A stretch of DNA of 37,883 nt, the filler included, from Myxococcota bacterium (GTDB lineage Bacteria > Myxococcota > Myxococcia > Myxococcales > Myxococcaceae), in assembly GCA_049322255.1 (NCBI GenBank). It is 7 parts of 7 records of this genome, joined end to end, with 100 filler letters (N's around TTAATTAATTAA, not from the genome) between each part and the next. Parts side by side here need not be neighbours in the genome. Positions count along the whole stretch, not along the records: positions 28,210 to 33,130 come from JBMORE010000192.1; positions 33,231 to 37,883 come from JBMORE010000196.1; 5 more parts are not named here. One strand, 5' to 3'. Of this stretch, positions 28,544 to 36,962 are shown piece by piece (position 1 is the first letter of the stretch; every line of letters starts with the position of its first letter). Below the pieces are notes generated by a model. That model saw nothing but the letters and a program-made list of their open reading frames with translations, had not been told where the DNA came from and ran no database searches. Made by a program: the position numbers and the translations under genes.

Positions 28544-29285
28544 CCGCCAGGCGCTCCACCCAGCCTTCTTTCAGCCAGGCGGCGAAGGCGGCGACCGCGG
28601 CGGCTTGCGGATCCGGCTCGGCGGCAAAAGCCTCGAACACTTCTCCCATCGTCAAACCGGCCAGCGCGCGCGCCAGCGCCACGACGAACGCACCCTGCAC
28701 GGTCGCGTGCAGCACCTGGTGCTCCCGCCTCCAAACGACCACCGTCTTGACGTCGCCGCGCAGCGCTCTCCAGGGCACCCCCTGGTTGGGGGCCTGCCAC
28801 CGCCCGCACGTTCCGCAAGACAGCTCGAGCAGGAACAGAGCGGGGATGAACTGCGCCCGGCAGCGTGGAAACGACTCGGCGTCGATTTCGCTGGTCATCA
28901 ACAAAGAAACCGGGTTCGGCGCGAGGAAGGCCTCGGTCCGTGCTTGCTCCAGGCGCGCGAGGTCCGCCACCTCGCCGCAGCCGGAAGATTCGAGAAACTC
29001 GGGAAGCTTCTTTCCCCGGAGCTCGAGCAGCGGGCTTTCCGACGGACAGGCGCCGATGAACGCCCGACACACCGAAGGGAACTTCGAGGAGAGCGCCGCC
29101 GCCGTCTTGGGAAACGCCTCTTGGAGCGCCTCCAATTGCCGGACGACGAACATCCGCCGGTAGATTTCCAACCGTGCCCGGCCCGTGAGCGCTCCCTGGC
29201 TCACCAGCCATCGGTCTGCCTCGCCCGCGACGCCCTCGTCGTACATCGACGCCGTGAACCAACGCTGGGCCGCTTCCATCTTCAC
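28539..29285 (-). CDS. bufC: DUF2063-type (BufC/HvfC) RiPP maturation partner
   Basis: RLEIYRRM...LEALQEAFPKT...FIGACPS...LPEFL...ADLARLE; GTGA overlap with the DUF692 stop. Confidence 0.8.
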   Translation of the reverse strand: MKMEAAQRWFTASMYDEGVAGEADRWLVSQGALTGRARLEIYRRMFVVRQLEALQEAFPKTAAALSSKFPSVCRAFIGACPSESPLLELRGKKLPEFLESSGCGEVADLARLEQARTEAFLAPNPVSLLMTSEIDAESFPRCRAQFIPALFLLELSCGTCGRWQAPNQGVPWRALRGDVKTVVVWRREHQVLHATVQGAFVVALARALAGLTMGEVFEAFAAEPDPQAAAVAAFAAWLKEGWVERLAV

Positions 29286-30112
29286 GCCGCGCGCTCCGCG
29301 AGCTGGGCGTGGATGACTGCCGCTGCCCTTTCGCTCTCCGCCCGGACCACCTCCAGCGGGGGAACGGCTCCGTCCCATTCCACGATGGTGGGCCGCGGCC
29401 CGAAGCGCCGAAGGCAGTGCGCGAACAGCGCGAGCACCTCGTCAGCGACGGAGCCTTCGTGCGAATCGAGCAGGTACGTGCCCATGTTTTGGTGGCCCGC
29501 CAAGTGGTACTGGACGACGTGGTGCGGCCGCAGGGCGTCGACGAGCGCGAACGGCGAAAAACCATGGTTGTGCGCCGAGACGACGACGTTGTTGACGTCG
29601 AGGAGCAGGCCGCAGCCAGTCCTTTGGCACAGCTCGGCGAGGAACTCTCCCTCGGACATTTCGTCGGCCTGAAAGCGCGCGTAGCTGGACACGTTCTCGA
29701 TGGCGAAGCGCCCGCGCAGCAGCGTCTGCACGTGCTCGATTCGCCGAGCGACGTGCGCGAGCGCCTCTTCGGTGAGAGGCATCGGCCACAGGTCGTGGCC
29801 ATAGTGCCCGTCGACTTTTCCGAAGCACAGGTGATCGGACACCACGGCTGCGTCGAGCGCCGCCGCCAGGCTGCGGAGCCTTCCGATGAAGGCCTCGTCC
29901 AGCGGGTCGATGCCACCGATGGACAAGGACACTCCGTGCAAACAGAGGGAGCTGTCTTGGCGCACCCGCTCGAGGACCGCCGACGGGCGCCCTCCCCGGC
30001 CGATGACGTTCTCGGTGAGGACTTCGATCCACGGAACGCCCGCTCCCCCCGATAAGAGCGCGGCGTAGTGGCCTGCGCGAAGCCCGAAGCCATGGTAGCC
30101 ACCGCTTCCCAT
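29282..30112 (-). CDS. bufB: DUF692 multinuclear non-heme iron oxidase (MNIO, BufB/MbnB-like)
   Basis: GFGLRAGHY, EVLTEN, HGVSLSIG, SDHLCF, IENVSSY, LLDVNN, HLAGH, DSH, VEWD; AAGGAG RBS. Confidence 0.92.
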   Translation of the reverse strand: MGSGGYHGFGLRAGHYAALLSGGAGVPWIEVLTENVIGRGGRPSAVLERVRQDSSLCLHGVSLSIGGIDPLDEAFIGRLRSLAAALDAAVVSDHLCFGKVDGHYGHDLWPMPLTEEALAHVARRIEHVQTLLRGRFAIENVSSYARFQADEMSEGEFLAELCQRTGCGLLLDVNNVVVSAHNHGFSPFALVDALRPHHVVQYHLAGHQNMGTYLLDSHEGSVADEVLALFAHCLRRFGPRPTIVEWDGAVPPLEVVRAESERAAAVIHAQLAERAA

Positions 30113-30143
30113 CTGTCGCTCTCCTTTGGCCTTTGGCGAGACT

Positions 30144-30170
30144 TACGAAGCGCTGGCAGCGGCGGTTACA
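30144..30170 (-). promoter_or_regulatory. Putative ECF sigma (SigF/ECF16-like) promoter for the MNIO operon
   Basis: TGTAACC-N16-CGTA ending 32 nt upstream of the DUF692 ATG. Confidence 0.7.
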
Positions 30171-30266
30171 TGGCGCCGTCTTGATTTTCTTCCCCCTTTT
30201 TTGACAACTTCTAGGGGCCTCTCGCGAAAATTGAGAATGTAAGACTCGCTGTCCGGAGGAAGCTTC

Positions 30267-31424
30267 ATGTCCGTCAAGTCTGTGTTTCCGGGTGGTTTAC
30301 CTTCCCCTACCCGCATGCCTTGGCAGCGCGACGCCGGCGCGGAAGGGGCCCTCAATCTCCTCTACGCCCGCAACCGTGGCCCGGGCTCCATCTCCGGGCA
30401 GGAGATGCTCCAAGCCATCTTGCAGGGGACCGCAGACCTCGACGGTCAGGCGGCGGGCAGCGAATTCGAAACGTTCAAGAGCTTCGTCAACTGGGACGGC
30501 TCGCGCAGCGGCGAGCAGTTGCTCTCCCCCGAAGCCAAACAGGTTTTCTCCATCTACGCGAAGTACGCCGAGGCGGCCCGCGCTCGCGGCGAGAGTGGGA
30601 TTTCCCCTGGCGACTTTCAGCGCATGACCACCGAGATGCAGGCGGCGGCTCCCGCTCTGAGCTTTCCGACGGGGCCCAATGGTCCTGGACCCACCGGGCC
30701 ATTCATTCCCAACTTCCCTGGCAGCTTCGGCTACGACCCCCGTGGGCCGTTCATGCCACCCATGGGAGGTGACGCCGGTGCCCTGGCCGCGCTCAACCAA
30801 TTGGCCCGTCAGAACACCTTGCCCGGCTCCGTCTCCGGCCAAGAGATGACGGAGACGATTCTCAAGGCTACCCGCGACCTCGATGGGCAAGCTGCGGGCG
30901 CCGAGTACGAAGACATCAAGCGCTTTGCCGTTCACAACTGGCACCTCTTGTCCCCGGAGGCCAAAGAGGCGTTCTCGGTGTACCAGCAGGCGGCCGAGGC
31001 GGCGCGCGCCAGAGGGACGACCAGCATCGATGTCCGTAGCTACCGCAAGATGGCCAAAGACATGCGGGCGGTCTCGACGCCGAAGTACCAAGACGCTGGC
31101 GCGGGAGCGGCCCTGCGCCAGCTGGCGGCGAAGAACAAGCGGGCCGGGTCCATCTCCGGCAAAGAGCTGGCCGATGCCATCGTCAAGGCGACCAAGGACA
31201 GAGACGGCCAGGCGGCGGGCCGCGAGCTCGCGGACATCAAGAAGTTCGCCGCCGAGAACAGCCACCTGCTCTCTCCCGCGGCCAAGCGGGTGCTCGCGGC
31301 CTACGAAAAGCACGCCCAGGTCGCGTTGGCCAAGGGGCAGACGGGAATCCCCTTGCGCGACTACCAGCGCATGGTGCGGGAGATGATGCGCGCCTCGGGC
31401 CCGGCGGTGGCGCGCCGGGGCTAA
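30267..31424 (+). CDS. Hypothetical protein with three ~100-aa helical repeats
   Basis: GGAGGA RBS; repeats begin at 30330, 30771 and 31092 (DAGA..AL..L...N...GS(I/V)SG.E...I...T.D.DGQAAG.E...K.F...LLSP.AK). Confidence 0.85.
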   Translation: MSVKSVFPGGLPSPTRMPWQRDAGAEGALNLLYARNRGPGSISGQEMLQAILQGTADLDGQAAGSEFETFKSFVNWDGSRSGEQLLSPEAKQVFSIYAKYAEAARARGESGISPGDFQRMTTEMQAAAPALSFPTGPNGPGPTGPFIPNFPGSFGYDPRGPFMPPMGGDAGALAALNQLARQNTLPGSVSGQEMTETILKATRDLDGQAAGAEYEDIKRFAVHNWHLLSPEAKEAFSVYQQAAEAARARGTTSIDVRSYRKMAKDMRAVSTPKYQDAGAGAALRQLAAKNKRAGSISGKELADAIVKATKDRDGQAAGRELADIKKFAAENSHLLSPAAKRVLAAYEKHAQVALAKGQTGIPLRDYQRMVREMMRASGPAVARRG

Positions 31425-31430
31425 AAGCCT

Positions 31431-32300
31431 TTAGACGTGGAAGAAGTACTCCACCACGAACTGTCCGAAGGCTTCCTGCAGCGTCAGCTGGCCGCCAATT
31501 TTCACCGCCGCCGCCGCCACTCGAACCTCGGCGGCCCCGGTGGCTCCTGGGTTCAACACCCCCAAAAGACTCACGCGAACGTCCTTGGGCATCACCAGCA
31601 CCGGCTGGCCCTTGGCCGCCGCCCTCAGCGCGGACTCGAGGTCGGTCCGAAACCAGCCACGCATCGGGCCTTCGGTGCGAAGCCAGTCGCACGTTTGGCT
31701 CAAGGTCATCTCCCGGGGGCCGGCGAAGTGCGGGACCTCGACGTTCATCGCGCGGGTGACGTCCCACACGAAGATGTGCCCGCGCGGCTTGCTCCCATCG
31801 GGCTGGTAACGCGGGTTGTGCCCCACGGCGAACTGGTGAATCACCTGCTGGTAGAGGGCGGAGGAGCGGCGGCCCTCCCGGCTTTGCACCGGGGCGCTGA
31901 CGGCCTTCCACACATCGCGGGAGGTCAGCTCCTTGGCGGGAGTGACGCCGTCGTAGGCCTCCTCCACCGCGGTGGGCTCGTCGTCGTCCTCGTCGAAGGG
32001 AAGGAGCGTCGCTCCCGAGCCTCCGAGCAGCGAGTCCATCTCGGTGCGCTCGTCGTCGTCTTCGAACGCGGAGCGCTGGAGCTTCTTCTGGTGCTGGGCG
32101 GCGGGAACGATGGGCGGGGCCGCCACGGGGTTCCTTGGGCTTCTGGGAGGAGGCTTGAAGGCGTTCTTCACCGGGGCGGAGCCGGACCGGCTCACCCCCG
32201 AGCGGGTGGTGGCGCCGGAAACCGAGTCCTCGAATTCGGAAGAGAAGTCGCCCGGCCGCCGCGGCGGCGGACCTTTTCCTCCCGAGCCTTGTTGGGCCAT
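31431..32300 (-). CDS. Hypothetical protein: disordered acidic N-half plus C-terminal CHAP/NlpC-P60-like domain that appears to lack catalytic residues
   Basis: LYQQVIHQFAVGHNPRY...HIFVWDVTRAM..EVPH...DWLRTEG..RGW...AAAKGQPV; start set at ATG 32300. Confidence 0.6.
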   Translation of the reverse strand: MAQQGSGGKGPPPRRPGDFSSEFEDSVSGATTRSGVSRSGSAPVKNAFKPPPRSPRNPVAAPPIVPAAQHQKKLQRSAFEDDDERTEMDSLLGGSGATLLPFDEDDDEPTAVEEAYDGVTPAKELTSRDVWKAVSAPVQSREGRRSSALYQQVIHQFAVGHNPRYQPDGSKPRGHIFVWDVTRAMNVEVPHFAGPREMTLSQTCDWLRTEGPMRGWFRTDLESALRAAAKGQPVLVMPKDVRVSLLGVLNPGATGAAEVRVAAAAVKIGGQLTLQEAFGQFVVEYFFHV

Positions 32301-32339
32301 TGAGGGAGATTCTAGTCTCAGCGGCGCTTGAACGCAGCG

Positions 32340-33006
32340 CCGGCGCGAGGGTGGTCGACGCATACACGCCGTTCAACCTGCCGCGCACCATGCGAGTGCA
32401 GGGCGTTTCGGCCGGCTTCGAGTACGACGCATTTGGAACGCGTGTGAGGAAGTCCTCGGGCACCGACGAGACGGTGTACGTCGGAGGCCTGTACGAAAGG
32501 CGCATGGCATCTCTTGTGAGGACGCACGTCTACAGCGTCCAAGTCGATGGGAGAACCGTGGCGGAGGTGCGGAGGACGAGCGCGCCATCTGGAGGCGTCG
32601 CTTCATCGACGCTGTACCTGCATCACGACAGGCTGGGCAGCGTCGATGTCGTGACGAATGAGGCCGGAGCGGTGGTGCAGAGGTTCAAGTATGGGCCGTT
32701 TGGGGAAAGGAGAAACCCGAACGCAGTCGGTGAGCTGTCTGGGGCGTTCTCTCCCGCCACGCGGAAGGGTTACACCGGCCATGAGATGGACGATGAGCTG
32801 CGGCTCATCAACATGCGGGGGAGGATGTACGACGCCGGCATCGCGCGCTTTTGACGCCGGACCCGGTGGTGGGCAACCCGCTGTCGGGGCAGAGCTTCAA
32901 CGCATACAGCTACGTCTACAACAGCCCACTTCGGTACGTGGACCCGAGCGGGGAAGAGCCGATAACAATCATCGCCCTCATCTTCGTCGGAGCGCCGGCG
33001 GCGGTT
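32340..33006 (+). pseudogene. Rhs repeat-associated core remnant, frameshifted and with its toxin domain cut off
   Basis: YDAFGTRVRK, YLHHDRLGS, YGPFGE, GYTGHEMD...NMRGRMYD; frameshift at the T4 run 32849-32852, continuing LTPDP...NAYSYVYNSPLRYVDPSG; no plausible start. Confidence 0.85.
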
Positions 33007-33130
33007 AGGGCTTGAGTTGGAATTACGCGATCGGCTGAGGGCATAGTTTGTAATTCCACTCGCCGTGGAAGTCGCTTCGCTCGATCTTCAGGTTGTCCAT
33101 GACGAAGTCAGGCACTGCTTCTCCGAGCTT
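33007..33130 (-). mobile_element. Right end of an ISAzo13-family IS (transposase C-terminus 33023-33130)
   Basis: Minus-strand translation KLGEAVPDFVMDNLKIERSDFHGEWNYKLCPQPIA* matches the FHGEWNY.I.P end of ISAzo13 transposases; probable terminus ...CAAGCCCT at a TAA/TTA site; lies at a contig break. Confidence 0.75.
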
Positions 33131-33230
33131 NNNNNNNNNNNNNNNNNNNNNNNNNNNNNNNNNNNNNNNNNNNNTTAATTAATTAANNNNNNNNNNNNNN
33201 NNNNNNNNNNNNNNNNNNNNNNNNNNNNNN
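33131..33230. other. Artificial contig spacer
   Basis: N44-TTAATTAATTAA-N44. Confidence 0.98.
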
Positions 33231-33231
33231 G

Positions 33232-34638
33232 ATGGCTGGCCGTCTGTCGGCACCCGACAGGGCTTTGTTCGAGGCGCTGAAGGCCCAAGACGCCGCCGCG
33301 CTCCTTCGAGCGCTCGACGCCGGGGCGGACGTGCACCTGCCCGATGAACAGGGGTGGAGCCCGCTCTTGAGGGCGGTTGGCGAAGGGCAGGCCGAGGCGG
33401 TGGAGCTACTTCTCTCTTTCGGCGCCGACCTTTTGGCCGTCACCCCCGAGGGACTCACCGCGCTTCACTTGGCGGCGCACCACGACGCCGAGCATCTGCT
33501 GTCGCCCTTGGTGCTCCGGGGCTTGGCGGTCGATGTGCGTGACGCCGCCGGCCGCACCCCTTTGCACCATGCCGCGGGGCGCGGTTGTCCGGCGGTCATC
33601 GAGCGCCTGGCCTACCTGGGCGCGACGCTCGACCTCCCCGACCCTGGTGGGCTGACTCCGCTCGACCTCGCGGTGGCCGCCGCCGAACCGCTCACCATCG
33701 AAGCGCTGCTCGCGGCAGGAGCGCGGCGGAGCAGCGGCGACGCCTTGCTGTGCGCCGCAAAGATGGGCTCGGTGGCGGCGCTGCGGCGTTTGGCCGAAGA
33801 GCAGCCGCTGCAGCGCTGCGCCAACGGTTTGTCCCTGCTCCACCTGGTGGCCGCGACCCAGGCCGTCGAGTTGGTAGAGGTGTTGGTGAAGCGCGGGGTC
33901 GAGCCCAACGCGCGCGACGAGCAGGGCAACACGCCGCTCCATTCGGCGTGCGCGCTGGGAGAAGAGTCGATGGTGCGTGCGCTCTTGGCCGCAGGCGCAG
34001 AGGCCAACGCCCGAAACCATCAGCAAGAAACGCCGCTCCATCTGCTCGGTCTCTTGGCCAACGAAGGGCAGGTTGGCTCGCTGGTGGCGCACGGCGCCGA
34101 CGTCAACGCTCGCGACGCCCAAGGGCGCACGCCCTTCGAGCTGGCGCTGGAGCACGACCGCCGGGCGGCCTTGGCGGCGCTCGCGACCCATTTCGTTCCT
34201 CCCGTCGACGCGGTGGAGGGGGAAGGGTGGAGCGCGGTGCACTTCGCCGCCGCTTTCGGCAGCGCGCGCGCCATCGCAGCTCTGTCGGCGCGAGGCGACT
34301 TGGCGGAGCGCAGCGAGGACGGCTTCACCGTGCTTCACCAGGCGGTGGTGTTGGAAAAGCCCGCGGCGGTGCGGGCGCTGCTCGCCGCCGGCGCAGAGGC
34401 CTCGGCGCTCGGCGGGCACGCACAGACACCGCTGCACCTGGCCACTTCTGCCGACATCGCCGCCGCCCTTCTTCAGAGCGGAGCACTCCTCGACGCGGTG
34501 GACGACGACGGCAACACGCCACTGCACTTGGCGGTCGCCCGCGGCCTTGGGGCGTTGGCTGCCTTGCTTCGGCGGGCGGGCGCGCGCGACGACCTCCCCA
34601 ACCGCGCCGGAGTCACCGTTCGTCAGCTGGAGCACTGA
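33232..34638 (+). CDS. Ankyrin repeat protein (start at contig edge, may be truncated)
   Basis: About a dozen G.TPLH.A...G....V..LL..GA repeats. Confidence 0.92.
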   Translation: MAGRLSAPDRALFEALKAQDAAALLRALDAGADVHLPDEQGWSPLLRAVGEGQAEAVELLLSFGADLLAVTPEGLTALHLAAHHDAEHLLSPLVLRGLAVDVRDAAGRTPLHHAAGRGCPAVIERLAYLGATLDLPDPGGLTPLDLAVAAAEPLTIEALLAAGARRSSGDALLCAAKMGSVAALRRLAEEQPLQRCANGLSLLHLVAATQAVELVEVLVKRGVEPNARDEQGNTPLHSACALGEESMVRALLAAGAEANARNHQQETPLHLLGLLANEGQVGSLVAHGADVNARDAQGRTPFELALEHDRRAALAALATHFVPPVDAVEGEGWSAVHFAAAFGSARAIAALSARGDLAERSEDGFTVLHQAVVLEKPAAVRALLAAGAEASALGGHAQTPLHLATSADIAAALLQSGALLDAVDDDGNTPLHLAVARGLGALAALLRRAGARDDLPNRAGVTVRQLEH

Positions 34639-34734
34639 ACGGCCGTTGGCGAGGCGACAGCGCTTCGAATCGCCCTGGCTCCGGCCGTACCCGGTGCTTA
34701 GGGTGCCGCTTCCCTCAAACCCAAGGAGCACACC

Positions 34735-35508
34735 ATGGAAGTCACCACTCACCGTCCCGGCACCTTCTGCTGGGTCGACCTCAACACCACCGACCCTGTG
34801 GCCGCCAAGCGCTTCTACTCCGAGCTGTTCGGGTGGAAGACCGAAGACCTGCCCACCCCTGCTGGCCCGTACACGATGCTGCGCATCGGCAACGACGACG
34901 TCGCCGCGCTCTCTGCCCTCTCGGCGGAGATGAAGAAGGCCGGGGCCCGGCCCAGTTGGACCTCCTATGTGCTGGTGAAGGACCTCGAGGAAACCACCCG
35001 CAAGGTCACTGGCGCCGGAGGGAAGGTGGTGATGCCGCCGATGGAGGTGATGGATGTCGGCCGCATGGCGATGATTCAAGACCCCACCGGGGCCACCCTG
35101 GCGCTGTGGCAGGCGAAGAAGCACGCCGGCGCCAAGCGGGTGAACGAGCCCGGCGCGCTGTGCTGGAACGAGCTCAACACCCGCGACCTAGGCAAGGCGG
35201 GCAAGTTCTACGAAACGGTGTTCGGGTGGAAGCAGAAGCTCTCCGAGACGCCGGTGAAGTACGTCGAGTTCCAGGCCCAAGAGAAGTCCATCGCCGGAAT
35301 GATGGAGCTGGGCAAAGAGCTCGCTGGGGTTTCCCCGCACTGGCAGGTGTACTTCGAGGTGAAGGACATCGACGCCAGCGCGCAGCGAATCAAGAGCCTG
35401 GGAGGGAAAATCCTCGTCGAGCCCCGCGACATTCCCAAGGTGGGCCGCTTCGCCGTCGCCCAGGATCCGCAGGGCGCGGTCTTCTCCCTCCTCAAGATGG
35501 CGCAGTAG
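34735..35508 (+). CDS. Two-domain VOC / glyoxalase-bleomycin resistance family protein
   Basis: AAGGAG RBS; duplicated PG.FCW.(D/E)L.T.D...A..FY..(L/V)FGW ... GR.A...DP.GA modules. Confidence 0.9.
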   Translation: MEVTTHRPGTFCWVDLNTTDPVAAKRFYSELFGWKTEDLPTPAGPYTMLRIGNDDVAALSALSAEMKKAGARPSWTSYVLVKDLEETTRKVTGAGGKVVMPPMEVMDVGRMAMIQDPTGATLALWQAKKHAGAKRVNEPGALCWNELNTRDLGKAGKFYETVFGWKQKLSETPVKYVEFQAQEKSIAGMMELGKELAGVSPHWQVYFEVKDIDASAQRIKSLGGKILVEPRDIPKVGRFAVAQDPQGAVFSLLKMAQ

Positions 35509-35528
35509 GCGCAAACTCGCACGCGGCC

Positions 35529-35559
35529 AGGGTCGGGCGGGGTCCACCCGCTCGACTCT
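35529..35559 (+). terminator. Hairpin between convergent genes (possible terminator)
   Basis: AGGGTCGGGCGGG-GTCCA-CCCGCTCGACTCT, 13-bp stem with two G-U pairs; no U-tract. Confidence 0.4.
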
Positions 35560-36842
35560 CAAGCGTCGTTGGCGAGGGAGCTCACGCGGCCAAAGCCTGG
35601 GCCGGGGCGCGCGAACAAGAAGCCCTGGCCCCACTTCACCCCCAAGCTGCGCAGCGTTTCACGCTCAGCCGGGTCTTCGATTCCCTCGGCGATGACCACG
35701 GAGCTGACCGCCTTGCCCACCGCCACCATGCTCTCGATGAGCGCCTGCTTCACCGCGCTCTTGTGTACGTCGCGCACCAGCGAGATGTCGAGCTTGAGGA
35801 AGTCGGGGCGCAGACGCAGCACGTGGTCCAAGTTGGCGTAGCCGGCCCCCAAGTCGTCCACCGCCAGGCGAATGCCGCAGCTGCGCAGCTCGTCGATGCC
35901 CTTGGAGAGCACCTCGTAGCTCTTGATCGCCACTCCCTCGTTCAGCTCGAGCACGATGCGTTGCGGCTCGACGGTGGTACGCGCGCGATCGAGCAGGCGG
36001 GCACGGAACTCGGGGTCGTTGATGAGGGAGGGGAGCACGTTGGCAAAGAGCAGCGCGCCCTCGGGCATGCTGCGCGCCGAGTCGAAGGTGGTGTCGCAGC
36101 AGGCGCGATCCAACTCGGCGAGCAGGTCGGTGTCGGTCGCCAAATCGAACAACATCGCCGGCATCGCCAAGTCGCTGCCCGCCGGCCCGCGGATGAGCGC
36201 CTCGTAGGCCTGCACCTGGGTGGAGTCCATCTCCACGATGGGCTGAAAGGCGCTGGTCAGCTGCCGGCTGACGATGAGGTCGCGCAGCCGTTCCCGGCCC
36301 TTGGCGTTGAGCCGGCGGGAAAAGTCCTCGGCCATCACCCGTGCCTGGTCCAGCGCGCGGTAGACGATGCGCTCGAACTGAATCATCGGGTTGGGCAAAG
36401 CCAGCGCGTAACCCAGCCGCACCCCGTGGTGCGAGTGGAAGGGACGCGTCAGCTCCGCCACCCGCGGCGCCAGGGCCGACCACACCCGATCGGCGACTGC
36501 CTCCAGGGCGGCCTCGGTGGGAGTGGCGCCCCAACGCGCCCCCTCGAGGAACACCGCGATCTGCTCGCTGTAAGACCGCACGCTGCACAAGAGGTCGCCG
36601 GTGCGCACCACCTGGGGATGCAGCTTGGACACCTCGGAGGCGATGCGCGCGATGAGCGTGTTGTACACCTCGCTGCCGCACTCCGCCTCGATCTCGCTCA
36701 AGGGCTGCAGGTCGATCAGCACCAGTCCGACGTAGCCGTTGCTCTGCAGCAGCACTTGCACGTCGTGAAGCACTGATTCCAAAGACGGCAGCACGCTCGC
36801 TGGGTCGAGCTGTACGCGGAGCGCAGAGGGGTCGGTCGGCAC
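35559..36842 (-). CDS. EAL-domain c-di-GMP phosphodiesterase with degenerate GGDEF-like N-terminal domain
   Basis: FQPIV, YEALIRG, LFANV, LELNE, AVDDLGAGYANL, LKLD, IAEGIE, GQGFLFARP; start reset to GTG 36842. Confidence 0.88.
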   Translation of the reverse strand: MPTDPSALRVQLDPASVLPSLESVLHDVQVLLQSNGYVGLVLIDLQPLSEIEAECGSEVYNTLIARIASEVSKLHPQVVRTGDLLCSVRSYSEQIAVFLEGARWGATPTEAALEAVADRVWSALAPRVAELTRPFHSHHGVRLGYALALPNPMIQFERIVYRALDQARVMAEDFSRRLNAKGRERLRDLIVSRQLTSAFQPIVEMDSTQVQAYEALIRGPAGSDLAMPAMLFDLATDTDLLAELDRACCDTTFDSARSMPEGALLFANVLPSLINDPEFRARLLDRARTTVEPQRIVLELNEGVAIKSYEVLSKGIDELRSCGIRLAVDDLGAGYANLDHVLRLRPDFLKLDISLVRDVHKSAVKQALIESMVAVGKAVSSVVIAEGIEDPAERETLRSLGVKWGQGFLFARPGPGFGRVSSLANDA

Positions 36843-36962
36843 GACGAGCGAATGGTAGCACGGGATCTCGGCGAGTCCCGAAACCTGCCCACCGGGCGAG
36901 CCATGGGGCGATGCGCTCCTCCGTTCTCGCTCGCGGCCGCCTCGTTTGGTACCGCGCTGCGC

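Noticed and set aside
33018..33058. 9-bp inverted repeat TGGAATTAC / GTAATTCCA as an independent MITE or operator
   Set aside because: Lies inside the IS end, with one arm encoding the transposase WNY motif; not a separate element.
33232..34638. Ankyrin protein as the immunity gene of the Rhs remnant
   Set aside because: Separated from the Rhs fragment by an artificial spacer, so adjacency is not evidence.
33585..36776. 1063-aa ORF and other long alternative-frame or antisense ORFs (e.g. 1199-2536, 7258-8631, 14123-15508, 28345-30102)
   Set aside because: Shadow ORFs typical of high-GC DNA; they overlap well-supported genes and have no motifs.
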